Both the position numbers and the translations under genes were made by a program. Of a stretch of DNA of 64,000 nucleotides, positions 10,869 to 24,836 are shown piece by piece. Source of the stretch: Scyliorhinus canicula (lineage: Eukaryota). The notes beneath the pieces are model-generated. The model made no database searches. It saw nothing but the letters and a program-made list of their open reading frames with translations, and had not been told where the DNA came from. The stretch spans positions 26,276,276 through 26,340,275 of the forward strand of contig NC_052147.1 of the NCBI RefSeq assembly GCF_902713615.1, written 5' to 3'. Each line of letters starts with the position of its first letter. The first letter of the stretch is position 1.

Positions 10869-13800
10869 TTATCGTTGAGCCAGAAAGTTGAGGACAGGCT
10901 GCCACCTCCTAAAGAACCCTTGTACCGACCCCCTCAGGGCGAACTTAACCCTCTCCAACTTAATGAATCCCGCCATGTCATTAATCCAGGTCTCCACACT
11001 CGGAGGTCTCGCATCTTTCCACTGCAGTAAGATCCTCCGCCGGGCTACTAGGGACGCAAAGGCCAAGACAGCGGCCTCTTTCGCCTCCTGCACACCCGGC
11101 TCCACCCCAACCCCAAATATCGCTTGACCCTGCATCCCACCATCCTCGACACCGTCCCCGCCACCCCCTTCCAGAACTCCTCCAGTGCCGGGCATGCCCA
11201 GAACATATGGGCATGGTTCGCTCGACTCCCCGAACACCTGGCGCACCTGTTTTCGCCCCCAAAGAACCTACTCATCCTAGATCCGGACATGTGGGCCCGG
11301 TGCAGCACCTTGGACTGGATGAGACTAAGTCTCGCACATGAAGAGGAGGTGTTCACCCTCTCCAGGACTTCCGCCCATGTCCCCTCCTCAATCTGCTCCC
11401 CCAGCTCCACCTCCCACTTAGCCTTCAGCTCCTCTACCGACGCCTCCCCCACCTCCTGCATTACCTGGTAGATATCAGACACTTTCCCATCCCCGACCCA
11501 CACCCCCGAAAGCACCCTATCCCTTACCCCCCACGGGGGCAGCAAAGGGAACCCCTCCACCTGTCGCCTAGCAAACGCCTTGACCTGAAGGTGCCTGAAC
11601 ATATTCCCCGGGGGGAGCTCAAACTCCTCCTCCAGTTCACCAAGGCTCGCGAACCTCCAGTCAATAAACAGGTCTCCCAACTTCCTAATGCCCGCCCTGT
11701 GTCACCACAGGAACCCGCCATCCATGTTCCCTGGGACAAACCGGTGGTTCCCCCGCAGCGGGGCCTCCACTGAGCCCTCCACTTCCCCCCTGTGTCGCCT
11801 CCACTGCCCCCAAATTTTACAGGGTGGCCGCCACCACCGGGCTCGTGGTGTACCTCATTGGAGGGTGCGGCAACGGAGCCGTTACCAGTGCCTTCAGGCT
11901 CGTGCCTCCGCAGGATGTCATCTCCATCCTTTTCTATGCTGCCCCCTCCCCCTCCATTACCCACTTGCGTACCATCGAGACATTGGCCGCCCAATAGTAC
12001 CCAGAGAGGTTGGGCAGCGCCAGCCCCCCTCTATCCGTGCCCCGCTCCAAAAAGACCCTCCTTACCCTCGGAGTCCCATGCGCCCAAACAAATCCCAGAA
12101 TGCTGCTGTTCACCCTCCTAAAAAAGGCCCTCAGAACGAAAATGGGGAGGCACTGAAACAAAAACAAAAACCTCGGGAGCACCATCATTTTAACGGACTG
12201 TACTCTACCCGCCAACGACAACGGCAGCATGTCCCACCTTTTAAAATCCTCCTCCATCTGCTCCACCAACCTAGTAAAATTGAGCTTGCGCAGAGTCCCC
12301 CAGCTCCTAGACACCTGAACCCCCAGGTACTTAAAACTCCTCACTGCCCTATTTAGCGGGAGCCTACCGATCCCCTCTTCCTGATCTCCCGGGTGTACAA
12401 CAAACAGCTCACTCTTGCCCAGGTTCAATTTATATCCCGAGAAACTCCCGAACTCAGCAAGAATCTCCATCACCTCCGGCATTCCCCCCACCGGGTCTGC
12501 TACATACAACAGCAAGTCGTCCGCATACAGCGACACTCGGTGCTCCTCCCACCTCGCACCAAACCCCTCCACCTCCTCGACTCCCTGAGAGCCATATCAA
12601 GAGGCTCTATTGCCAGCACAAAAAGCAAGGGGGACAGGGGGCACCCCTGCCTCGTCCCACGGTGGAGCCTTAAGTACTCGAACCGCCTCCTATTTGTCGC
12701 TACACTCGCCATCGGTGTCTCGTACAGCAACCTCACCCATTTAATAAACCCCACCCCAAATCCAAACCTCTCCAACACCTCCCACAAGTACCCCCACTCA
12801 ACCCTGTCAAAGGCCTTCTCCGCATCCAATGCCACCACAATCTCCGCCTCTCCTTCTGCTGCCGGCATCATTATCACATTTAGCAGCCTTCGCACGTTAG
12901 TGTTCAGCTGCCTCCCCTTCACAAAACCCGTCTGATCTTCATGTATCACCCCCGGCACACAGTCCTCTATTCTAGTGGCCAAGGTCTTTGCCAGCAACTT
13001 GGCGTCTACATTCAGCAGTGAAATCGGCCCGTATGAACCGCACTGCAAGGGGTCCTTATCACGCTTCAGGATCAGGGAGATTAGTGCCCGAGACATCGTC
13101 ATGGGCAGAACACCCCCCTCCCATGCCTCGTTAAAGGTCCTGACCAACAGGGGGCCCAGCAGGTCCGCATATTTCTTATAAAATTCAATCGGGAACCCAT
13201 CCGGTCCCGGCGCCTTCCCTGACTGCATGTGACCAATCACACTGACCAGCTCCTCCAACTCGATCGGCGCCCCCAGTCCCTCCACCTGCTCCTCCTGCAC
13301 CCTTGGAAATCGGAGCCTGTCCAAAACAATTCTTCATTCCCCCTCCCACCGCCGGCGGCTCCGACCGGTACAGTTCCCTATAGAAGTCCCTTAAGACCTC
13401 ATTGACCTCTGCCCCCTGCCGCACCACATTCCCATCTCTATCCTTCACTCCACCAATCTCTCTAGCCGCGTCCCGCTTACGCAGCTGGTGCGCCTGCATC
13501 CTGCTCGCCTTCTCTCCATACTCATAGACCGCTCCCTGCGCCTTCCTCCACTGTGTCTCCGCCTTTCTGGTGGTCAATAAATCAAACTTGGCCTGCAAGC
13601 TACGCCGTTCCACCCGCAATCCCTCCTCCGGGGCCTCTGCGTACCTCCTAGCCACACTCAACAGCTCCTCCACCAGTCTCTCCCTCTCCCTCCTCTCCCC
13701 CCTCTCCCAGTGGGCTCGGATAGAGATCAGCTCCCCCCTAATCACTGCCTTCAGAGCCTCCCACACCATCCCCACCTGGACCTCCCCAGTATCATTGACC

Positions 13801-14651
13801 TCGAGGTACCTCTTGATACATCCCCGAACCTTCCTACACACCTCCTCATCAGCCAACAACCCCACGTCCAGACGCCAAAGCGGACGCTGGTCCCGCGCCT
13901 CCCCCATCTCCAGATCCACCCAATGCGGAGCATGGTCCGAAATCGCGATAGCCGAATATTCGGCCTCGTCCACCCTCGGGGCCAGTCCCCTGCTCAAAAC
14001 AAAGAAATCAATGTGGGAATAAACCCTGTGCACATGGGAGAAAAAGGAGTACTCCCGAGCCCTCGGCCTCCCGAACCTCCAGGGATCCACTCCTCACATC
14101 TGGTCCATTAACCCCCTCAATACCTTGGCCGCCGCTGGCCTCCTGCCTGATCTTGAACTAGAACGATCCAGTAGGGGATCCAGCACCGTATTGAAGTCCC
14201 CCCCCATGATCAAGCCCCCCACCTCTAGGCCAGGAATGCGGCCCAACATACGCCTCATGAAACCAGCATCATCCCAATTTGGGGCGTACACATTAACCAA
14301 CACCACCCTCTCCCCCTGCAGCTTACCGCTCAGCATCACATATCTGCCGCCACTATCAGCCACAACCTTAGACGCCTCAAACGCCACCCTCTTCCCCACC
14401 AGGATCGCCACCCCCCCCCGGTTCTTCGAGTCGAGTCCTGAGTGGAAAACCTGCCCCACCCACCCCTTCCTCAGACGGACCTGGTCCGCCACCTTCAGGT
14501 GGGTCTCCTGGAGCATGGCCACGTTCGCCTTCAGCCCCTTCAGATGCGAAAACACCCGGGCCCGCTTAACCGGCCCATTCAACCTCCTCACATTCCACGT
14601 AATCAGCCGGATCAGGGGGCACCCCGCCCCCCTCCCCCGTCGACTAGCCAT
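10869..14651 (-). pseudogene. L1 ORF2p (APE endonuclease, RT, C-terminal Cys domain) with one internal stop and about four frameshifts
   Basis: ITWNV, MLQETHL, NVYAPN, GGDFN, SDH; KAPGPDG, LDAEKAFD, GTRQGCPLSP, YADD; CARC...HMFWAC. Confidence 0.95.
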
Positions 14652-15270
14652 AACCCATCGACTGCTTGCCCCTGGCCATCACCCAATCGGCCCGTTTCCC
14701 ACGGCGATAGAACCTCACCCCGACCCCCCTGAACTCCTCCCTGGCCAATCCAGCAGCAACCCGGTATTCCCCCCCCCCCCTCCAGGCTAGGACCCCTCCT
14801 AGCCGCGACGCTCCCTCCACTGTACTCCCGTGAGCCAGCTGACTTCTGCTGACCCCGGCAGCTCCCGCTCTAACTCCGACCCCTCCCGATATAAGGTCCC
14901 CCCCCCCCCCCCCCCCCTCCCCTGCATCAGCTCCTGGGCACCACTTCGGCGCGGGAAACCCGGTCTAATAACCATGCCCCTCGCCACCAGCTCCACCCCC
15001 TCGTCCCGCAGCGCAGGAAACCAGAGAAAAGCCCGCGCTTTCACACTGCCCCACCCCACCAATGCAGCTCCCAAACCGCAGTCCCAACCCAACCACCAAC
15101 TCCGTACAAACAAAGACACAGATCAACCACAAACCCCAGTACCCCCCTTAGAACACAGAACCATAACCCACATCGTCCGAAAGCGAGAGAAAAAACAAAA
15201 ACAAACAGAATAACCCGCTACAGCATAAACAATGATACATGAATAGAAAAACTCCCACAGCCCCCAATCT

Positions 15271-16041
15271 CTAGTTCGAGTCCAGGTTTTCAGCCTGCAC
15301 AAAGGCCCACGCTTCCTCCGGGGACTCAAAGTAGTGATGCCGGTCCTTGTAGGTGACCCACAGGTGCGCAGGCGGCAACATGCTGAACTTCACCTGCTTT
15401 CCATGGAGCACCGCCTTCGTCCGGTTAAACCCGGCTCTCCGCTTGGCCACCTCCGCACTCCAGTCCTGGTAGATACGCACTACCGAATTCTCCCACTTAC
15501 TACTCCTCACCTTCTTGGCCCATCGGAGAACACACTCCCGGTCGCTGAACCGATGGAACCGCACCAGCACCGCCCGCGGGGGTTCATTCGCCTTAGGCCG
15601 CCTGGCCAGCACTCTATGGGCCCCCTCCAGCTCCAGGGGCAGATGGAAGGATCCTGCCCCCACCAGCGAGTTCAACATCACGGCCACATAGGCCGGCAGG
15701 TCCGACCCCTCCAGCCCCTCCTCGAGGCCCAGGATCCGCAGGTTCTTCCTCCGTGACCGAAGCTCCATCTCCTCGAACCGATCTTGCCACTTTTTATGAA
15801 GTGCCTCGTGTATCTCCACCTTCCCCACGAGGGCCGAAACCTCCTTCTCGTGCTCAGAGACCTGCTGCTGCAACTCAAGTATCGCTGCACCCTGGGTTGT
15901 CTGGGTCTCCAGCAGCTTACTCGTCGTCACCCTCAGGGATTCCAACAACTCCTCTTTCAGCTCCGTGAAATAGCGCAGAAGGGCCGCCTGCTGCTCCTCA
16001 GCCCACTGCCTTCACTCCTCAGGGGCTCCACCGGCTGCCAT
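15271..16041 (-). pseudogene. L1 ORF1p (coiled coil, RRM, CTD) with premature TGA at codon 10
   Basis: RSRRKNLRILGLEEG, AHRV, VRIYQDWS motifs. In-frame ATG at 16041 and stop at 16012-16014; ORF track starts at 15948. Confidence 0.92.
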
Positions 16042-17044
16042 TTTGTCCACCTTCCCCCGCTTTTCCAGGGAAGTTGCTGCGTTTTTCTCCTCGCCCCACT
16101 TCGAGTCCGAACCATAAATCCCGGGGGGGTTTTGCTCCAGACCCCTTTATCCACCGGGAATCGTTGAATCAGCGCCGTTTGGGGCCCTTAAAAGAGCCCA
16201 CAAGTCCTTTTAAAGCGGGAGCTGCCAAACGTGCGGCTTAGCTCCGCATAGCCACAACCGGAAGTCCATGGTAACAAAGCATGAAGGCGTGTTCCGAGCC
16301 TCAGGCCACACTTTCGCCATTACTGATCCATTTTGTGCTCGGTAGAGGTAGGCCAAAATAAATCCTACTCGGTGGCTTCTCACAACTCTTTTTGGCAGGT
16401 ACGTTTAGGTCTGCAGGATCTCAGGGGAGGCCATATCTAAATCTTTCTTTATTTCATTAATGACCCCTCTCTCTGTTGCATTCCCCTCCCAGGATGGTCT
16501 TAAAACTGAAGGGGCTTCTCGCTCTTGTCTAATCCCAGCACAAGTTCCTTTTTGGAGTTGGACCTGTGTCAGGGGTACAACTGAGCTGGTCAAATGGCCC
16601 AGACAGGAAGACATCTCTTTCCTTACAGGTAGAGTGCAATTTAGTCATATTTCACATAACATGGCACTCACAGCCCAAAACATGATCAGGATTTGTAATG
16701 GTCTTTCTTCAGTGCCGAATATAATTTTTCATCTTTCTGTTTTAGATACAAAACCAGTGGACTGAATCCATGCTGCTGTGTAGCTGATGTATTTGTTCAA
16801 CGTTTTCAGACACTCTTGCCGGTACCAAGAGAGGTTTTATTTCTCGCTACATGATGATGCTTTTCTCTGAATACCTGCCAGCAGCTATAGTTCAACCTAA
16901 GTCAGATGGGGTAAAGCAGGTTAAGCAGAAAACAGCAGTAAATTACACTTTAAGAATATTTTTCTATTGTATTTTACACTTACTCGGGAGCAACGCAAAA
17001 TACTAATAACTGGAAAGTAACAAATAATCCTCATTAGTTTGGAT

Positions 17045-17283
17045 TTCTCTGGGTTGTGAATCGATGGAATTCCTTGCCCAGTGAAGCAGTTGAGGCTCCT
17101 TCATTAAATATTTTTAAGATAAAGATAGATAGTTTTTTGAAGAATAAAGGGATGAAGGGTTGTGGTGTTTGGGCCGGAAAGTGGAGCTGAGTCCACAAAA
17201 GATCAGCCATGATCTCATTGAATGGCAGAGCAGGCTCGAGGGGCCATATGGCCTACTCCTGCTCCTAGTTCTTATGTTCTTCT
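17045..17283 (+). mobile_element. CR1 3' end fragment
   Basis: VVNRWNSLP-like end, gatcagccatgatctcattgaatggc...ggcctactcctgctcc UTR, ttcttatg tail. Confidence 0.85.
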
Positions 17284-17599
17284 GTCCCAGCTCAGACTGT
17301 TTGCCTCACTCATCACCCACCGTTCTTTCCAGCATTGAAGTGTAGCAGCCCAACTAAAGTGAGCCATTCATATCAAAACACTTTTAGACATCAGCTGCTC
17401 CTATTGTGGACTACAATCTGATCAGTAACCTGGAAAGGGATGAAATTGTGGGCCTTCATCAAATATTATGGACATATCACTATCTCAGCAATAAATCTTC
17501 AATTTTAGTTTCACTCCTTCCCAACTCTGAGCGCCCCTGCTTGTGCAATCCAAGCCATAAAAGAGCCCATCATATCATTTTAAACACTATTTGTTTTCA

Positions 17600-17912
17600 A
17601 GGCAAAACGGCATGGTAGCACAGTGGCTAGCACTGTTGCTTCACAGCTCCAGGGTCCCAGGTTTGATTCCCAGCTTGGGTCACCGTCTGTGTGGAGTCTA
17701 CACGTTCTCCCCGTGTCTGCGTGGGTTTCCTCCGGGTGCTCCGGTTTCCTCCCACAAGTCCTGAAAGACGTGCTGTTAGGTAATTTGGACATTCTGAATT
17801 CTTCCTCTGTGTACCCGAACTGGGGCTGGATGTGGCGACTAGGGGCTTTTCACAGTAACTTCATTTCAGTGTTAATGTAAGTCTACTTGTGGAAATAAAT
17901 TTGACTTTGACT
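17600..17912 (+). mobile_element. V-SINE, tail type B
   Basis: Same head, V-domain and tail as 4307-4604. Confidence 0.88.
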
Positions 17913-19697
17913 TTTTAAAAGGTATTTGTGGACACACATTTAATTTAAATTAAAACATGACAGGAGTATCAGGATCTTAATTGGATGATACACATAGACT
18001 GCACGAGGACAAAGGGCAGAACCTAATTGCCTCCCTCTTTGTGATTTTGGTGATGGGGTGGGGCATTTAATCAGACACCTTCCTGTCTCCACCCTGATTA
18101 AGTTAGTGATTAACTGTAATGAAGTACACCACAAGATTTCATGTTTTCAAACAAAAACAAATGTTATTGCATATGCCATTAACTTAGCATATGTAATATA
18201 TATACTTTGGTGTTATAGATCTAGTTTTATTTTTTACTCCTTCTCCCCAAGAGCTTCTTTATCTTATGAAATATTGAAGGTTCTTTCACTTTTCTTAGGA
18301 ACAACCATGTCAGCCCTTTCGAATTAACTTTGATTTATCCTCAGTGCTGCGATATTCGCTGAAGGATGCCAATTTCACTGGGGATCCTTTTGGCTGAGGA
18401 ATTCTCCAAATTCTCTTCATGACTATGGACTTCTCAGCTCAAATTCAGCCTCCACAATATTCACCTGTATGCACTGTGAGGCTTACTATAGATTTCTTTC
18501 TTCAGCTTCAAACTCGGAAAATCCTCTCGTTTCTCTTTTCCTCACAAACTCTAAGTGAACCGCAGTCTACACAAGACTAAATCTGCAACTGCCTCCTGAA
18601 AGAAAAAAAAGATACATTAAGCAAAATCGCCCTCTATCTCCAGAGTCCACCTCCATGGCAATGTGGCATACTTGGGATGTTCCAAACAGAAAGGTAAATT
18701 AACGATCATTTATCTTCAAAACCAAACCATTTTAATCTGTGATCCACATGAATAATTTAGATGTCTAATGGATGTAACTGCCCTCTTTCCAGACTACCAA
18801 GTTCCACTGGAGGTCGAGAGATGGGGCACCCAAATTTTGATGCATATTCACATATCCCTTGTTAGATAAACATGGGTTGCTTTTTAACTGTAAGTAACGC
18901 AGGCTTTTTTGATTTCTATTTACTTTAAAGTTGGTTACTAGGTTCTTCATCAGGCTTTCAATTTATCTCAAATTTAACACAATAACTCCAACCTAAAGGG
19001 TACATTCCTAATTCAGCTTTACAACTGAAATACACAACCTCTAAAAAGAAGAGCTGTGAGCAACGTCACAAGATATTCCCTAATGTTAACAAAAATATTT
19101 AATTTCTGTCACTAGCTTCAGTGGTTGAAGTATTATGCTCATTACCTAGAAAGAGAGAACCTCTTTGAAAACTAATTCAAAAAGAAAACTATTGGAATTT
19201 ATGAGAAGACAAGGTGATACAATACCATGATGAAAATTCAATTAATATACAAAGCAAATAAGAGGATTAGTTATTTTATAAAAGGTAACCTCTGAGTATA
19301 TTGTGGTGACCAATAACTTTAGGAACACATGTGGAGCTCCTGAATAACAAACAGATCATTGATGAAAATTTGAAAACTAAATATGTTCCACATGACATGT
19401 CCCAAGCATGACCCATCTTCACTTTTACTTCAGGCTATCCACTGTTAAAATCCTCATTCATGTTTTCAATATCTCCAGTCTTGACTATCCCAATGTTCCC
19501 CTGGTCATTCACCCACCTTTCACCCTCAATAAATGTGAGGTTATTCAAATCCTGCTGCCCAGATACCATTCCACTTCACATTCCAATCACCTGTGTTTCC
19601 TGATAGGCCTTGGTTACTGGTTGCCCAATGCTTTCAACGTTAGTTTCAATCGCCTTTTCAAATCTTGCCATGACCTTCCAAGATTTTGTGGTATCAT

Positions 19698-19876
19698 TTT
19701 TTTTATTATTTAGATTACCCAATTATTTTTTCCAATTAAGGGGCAATTTAGTGTGGCCAATCTACCTACTCTGCACATTTTTGGGTTGTGGGGGTGAAAC
19801 CCACGCAGACACGGGGAGAATGTGCAAACTCCACACGGACAGTGACCCAGAGCCGGGATCGAACCTGGGACCTCAG
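19698..19876 (-). mobile_element. V-SINE type C (A-tailed, shortened V-domain), 5'-truncated
   Basis: 16-bp TSD gattttgtggtatcat at 19682-19697 and 19877-19892. Confidence 0.92.
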
Positions 19877-19999
19877 GATTTTGTGGTATCATATTCCAAC
19901 TCTATAATTGCCATACCCTGAACTCCGCATCACTTCAGCTCTGACTCTTGTGTATTGCCCCACCATTGGGAGCTGTTTTTCCAACTGTAGTATCCACTT

Positions 20000-20337
20000 C
20001 ATAGAATTGACAGAATTTACAGTGCAGAAGCTAGCCATTCGGCCCATCAAGTCTGCACCAGCCCTTGGAAAGAGCACCCTAAACAAGCCCACACCTTCAC
20101 CCTATCCCCATAACCCCACCCAACCTTTTTGGACACTAAGGGCAATTTAGCATGGCCAATCCAGCTGACCTGCACATCTTTGGACTGCGGGAGGAAACCG
20201 GAGCACCCGAAGGAAACGCACGCAGACATGGGGAGAACGTGCAGACTCCGCACAGACAGTGACCCAAGCCGGGAATTGAACCTGGGGCCCTGGAACTGTG
20301 AGGCAACTGTGCTAACCATTGTGCTACCGTGCTGCCC
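20000..20337 (-). mobile_element. HE1-like V-SINE, CR1-type tail (type A)
   Basis: gggcagcacggtagc head, V-domain, gggccgaatggc...tgcactgtaaattct tail; flanking ccactt repeat. Confidence 0.92.
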
Positions 20338-23115
20338 ACTTGTTCTGCATTTAGTTATGTGAGTCTGTCTACAATTGATACTGCGTTTGATTGGGTAAGC
20401 CTCGGTGTGGACTCAGGGAGACAAAGAAAGAGCTAAAGCATGGCATTTTAAAGCATTGCATTAAAACCTCTCGGCAACTGTTGTCACATCTGCATAGAAA
20501 TATGAAATATGCAACGTCAACGATTTAAGCCGCATACTCTCGAATTCCCACTCTAAAATCTCTGTCTCCTCCTTTAAAGCTCTTTCTTAAAATCACTTTT
20601 TTCAGTAAACTTGGGTTCCTCTTCTTAACATCTGATTCTTTATTTTTGCATCATATGTTTCTGAATATGCTACTGTGATGAAACTTGGGTCATTTCCCAA
20701 AGTTAAAAAGTCCTCAGCAAATACAATTGTTGATTTCTAAAGCACAGAAAATTAAAGTAAGACATTGATAGAACATATTAATCATGAAAAACTTGCAGCA
20801 AGAATTTGTTTCTATAAGTAAGCCTTCAGGCCAAATAAGAACCTTGTAGAAAATGAACCTTCTTGCATTACAACTTGAATTGCCACATGTACAAATTGGC
20901 AATCTTTTACTTCTCTGGTTCTTTCTGTCATCAAGTAGAAGATAAAGACAGTTTCCAAAAGGCACTTAAGGGCCTAAGGCTTAGAAAATGGAAAGGCCAT
21001 GCCAAATTGAAACATGAGAGATATTTCAATGAGATAATTATCTTTTTTTTAACGTTGTTCTCTCATCACACGTATTACATCTTGACTTGAAGATCCTAAG
21101 ATACCGATTTGCACTGAAAACACCTCAATTCTTTTCTCATTATTACATTTGCTCCTGCTGGAGGTAGTCCACTTCCAAACAGGAAACCGAAACATTGATG
21201 ACAAGGACGTGGAAGGCCCAAGGAGAGAAGTGCGAAAGAACATAGGCATTAGGCTAGGCATCACTCAGCACACGTCTGGTATATGGCACGACAACGAAGG
21301 TTAATGCTAAATTTCCATGTAAAAAGACATTTGCTGAAATAAAGGAGTCATGGCAGACAAGGGGAAAAAAAATCAGCAGAAAATGGAACCCCGCCAAGGT
21401 TTAAGCATCATTTGTTTCCAGCATGACATTAGTAGCCAGATGACCGAGAGGCTCCATCAGAGCAGGGAGCAGAACTCCTGATTACCATGATTTTAAAATA
21501 CCCAATTCATTTCTCAGAGTTACAAAGCCACTGTGCAGAGTAGACGAGGCAAGCCCTTAATCCATCTTCTTGCTCGTTCCAAAAAGCAATTCAAATTGAA
21601 TTTAATTCATGATCCCCACACGAGAGACACACAAGATCCAGCCTGACAAGAACAGCCATTACGCCTGATCTCACACTTGATCCTTCGCTTGATCTCAGCC
21701 AAAAGTCCTGATTAGCGTGATGTCTTTGTAAATAGTTAACAATAAAACGATTGAAGTTAAACAACACCGACTGTGGTAAGTCTGTCCAACGGGAGCAGAG
21801 CCTTATTAAAGTTTGGTCAGCCAAGACTGCGTGGTATTAGCGAAGCCTCACTGAAGCTCGGCTACAACACCAAAAAGCCTTGAACAGTTACAGTACAGTA
21901 ACTTAAGTATTTGGACACCCAAAAACAGACAGGAGAGTTGGTGTGCAACCCACTGCACCACCCAACATCTAGGAATGGGCCAACAGTGGTTGGGTTGGGT
22001 GCTCTTCACCAAGCCACAATGAAAGAAAATGGTGGTGGATGGAAAATGGGCTGTTGATTCACTCTGACCCCATTTTGTGCGACTGCCGCAGGCCAAATTG
22101 ATCCTGCATCACTTTTCAGAACCACTTTTCCAGTGAGTCAGAGTTGTGTTTTTTTCCATATATCAAAGTATGTTTCTGTGGTTCAATTGCATTGGAAGTA
22201 CTTCAAACTATTGTGCGGGTCAGCTGGTTGGAATCAAGGGTAAAATCCTTTAAATTGACATTGATTGTGCTGTTTCTCTTTGTGACAGTTTATGAGAACA
22301 CTTCCAAAAGCTACTCATTTTTTTTGTTGATGGATCAATTTTTATTCCAGGGTCAAGATATCAAGGCTGCATTATGTGGTTAACTGAGCCTTTTTAGAAA
22401 TATCAAACAAAACGCAGCCAAGGATGACATGTTGGAACCACAAACTGTTTGAAAACATCTGTTCCTGCAATGGAGTGATTTTATCACCATCCCCAGGTTC
22501 TGATCAGTTTTGATCTGAGGTTGTACAACACAGATACACACTTAAAAATGCCCTGTCTTAATGTAAGTCATTAAATCATTTCATCGCCATTTACTTGGGA
22601 TAGCCATGAATGTAGAAATATATCCTCATACTGCTTTTCAACGCATAATTAAGTAAAAGGAATGGCATCAGGAGGCAATAATGTTCAAATTGTTAAATGT
22701 AGTTTTGTTTAATGGTATTGGGATTGGAATTTTGCAATCTGCCAAAAATAGGAAGGTTTGTGGTTTTAAATTACTGTGGATTAAGTTCAGAGGGACCATC
22801 ATTATCTTTCGCTGCCATCGATAATATCCTCCTGATTTTTAATTCAGGTGGCAAGTCCCGAGCTTGCAATTTCTTTTTGTAAATAGTAAAGCGAGAAAAG
22901 TAAAATATTACATTTATACTACAATTTATCACAGTGCACAGGAATTAAACATATGAAATTGCCTTGAAGCTGCAACATTGTGAAAATACAGAGAAATGTT
23001 GTGTTACACATGCCTCTCTGCTCTATTTTAGTGGAAGCACTACCTTCTGCTGAAATAGCAGAGAGAGGAATTTCAAGACAAATGTGTTAAGCCTTGCTGA
23101 GCCGCTGTGTATTCT

Positions 23116-23341
23116 TTTTTTTAATAAATTTAGATTACCCAATTATTTTTTCCAATTAAGGGGCAATTTAGCGTGGCCAATCCACCTACTCTGCACATTT
23201 TTGGGTTGTGGGGGCGAAACCCACGCAGACACGGGGAGAGTGTGCAAACTCCACACGGACAGTGACCCAGAGCCGGGATCGTACCTGGGACCTCAGCGCC
23301 GTGAGGCGGTTGTGCTAACCACTAGGCCACCGTGCTGCCCC
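23116..23341 (-). mobile_element. V-SINE type C, full length
   Basis: 15-bp TSD gccgctgtgtattct at 23101-23115 and 23342-23356. Confidence 0.93.
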
Positions 23342-24836
23342 GCCGCTGTGTATTCTGAGTTAATTAGTTCCTTTGAAGCTGGTTGTTACGCGGGTAAATG
23401 CAACAGGCATTTTTTCCACACAATGTGATGCCGCAAATTGCTGAGAGGGATATAACCAGTTAATTTACTTTTGCTTAAGTGAGGAACACTCCGTGAAGTT
23501 CATTCTCTTCTCCCATCAGTTGCATTTAATACCTTTCGTGGCACATGAAGGGGCATCATTGTTAACCGTGTAAACTGGTTGGCTATGAATTCATGGCAGT
23601 GTTTGTTTTGTGGAAAACGGATGGGTGCAGTACTTACTAATCACATCAATGCATGTTAATTTTAGTGATACTGCTGAATTTCCAGCTACCCTTGTCTCTC
23701 CACAAAGGTGAAGTCATTTGTCCCTGGTGCTGTTTTAGGAATTCCCCACTGCATCCTTCCAAAGCATTAACCACCTTCCGAAAATGTGGTGCAGGGAATT
23801 GGAATAATACTTTAAATTGAGTCCCAGCCAGTCCTTGTTTTTGTACTCAGTGGGTTGGATTTCACCCTTTGAGCTGGGAATCGGGAGTGGGACCATTTTT
23901 TGATGTCCTGTTCCCACTTCTTGGTTCGACCCACACACTCATGCTATTTTCTTTGCAGAGAGTCAGGTCCACTGCCTCCTAAAGCAGGCCTGAGTTAGGA
24001 ACGGAGGAGCGGGGTTGCCAAGGTAGATTACTTAGAAGGCCATGTCTGTTTGCTGGGACATTGGCCCATCTAGGCTCATGACATGTTTGGCCCCCAAGCC
24101 CTCATCCCACGACTCCTCACCCAAAGCCACCCTCATATATCCTCCATATCCCCATGTCTCTTCCATACCCCATAGCCCCTCCATGTTCACTCACCCAGTA
24201 TCCACTATATACAGAACTCAATACCCCCAAAATAACACTTGGAAATCTTTTAAATACTCATTAAACTGTCAAATTAAATCAAAATCAAACCCAATGTGAA
24301 AAAACTAATTTCATTTAGAACCTCATAAAATTGTCGATAAAATACACATCCATTCAAACTCCACTTAAGCAGACATAAATTTACCGAAATATGCAAAAAT
24401 TATCAGCTATTCATAAATTCCAAAAAATACCCTAATCCTAAATCCTAATAAAACTGTCATTCAAACAAAGCTCACAGGCCCCTTGACAGCTTTGTCAATA
24501 ACTCTTGCCCTGTTGAGCTCAATAAATTAGTGGGATTTGGAGCCCAATCAAGCATTCATAATGATACTTAATTGCACAACTGAATCAACAAAACCTCTAG
24601 AGCTGAATACATTAAAGCCTTTGAAATTGCCCAAACAACTGACTGATCAGTCAATCAAATAACTCAGCCATCTGCTCAGTTTTCGCAACGGTTCAACAGC
24701 TGGATGGACTGTGAATCAATGCAAATGTCAAAGCACAGGTCCAGATGACACATTAAAATCTGATTCTCAATACTGTCCAAAGCCCTTTATAAACTGAATA
24801 ACTATTATATTTGAACACTTTCACAATACTGGTCAA

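Larger units (their letters stand above)
10605..16268 (-). mobile_element. Full-length L1-clade LINE (about 5.66 kb) with 14-bp TSD
   Basis: TSD tggtaacaaagcat at 10591-10604 and 16269-16282; 5' end GGACTTCCGG; ORF1, ORF2, AATAAA and A/T-rich tail. Confidence 0.96.
19400..20710 (+). mobile_element. Old L2-like LINE remnant interrupted by two SINEs
   Basis: LIHVFNISSLDYPN...EVIQ resembles the L2 RT C-terminus; L2-like 3' sequence at 19900-19990 and 20540-20710. Confidence 0.55.
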
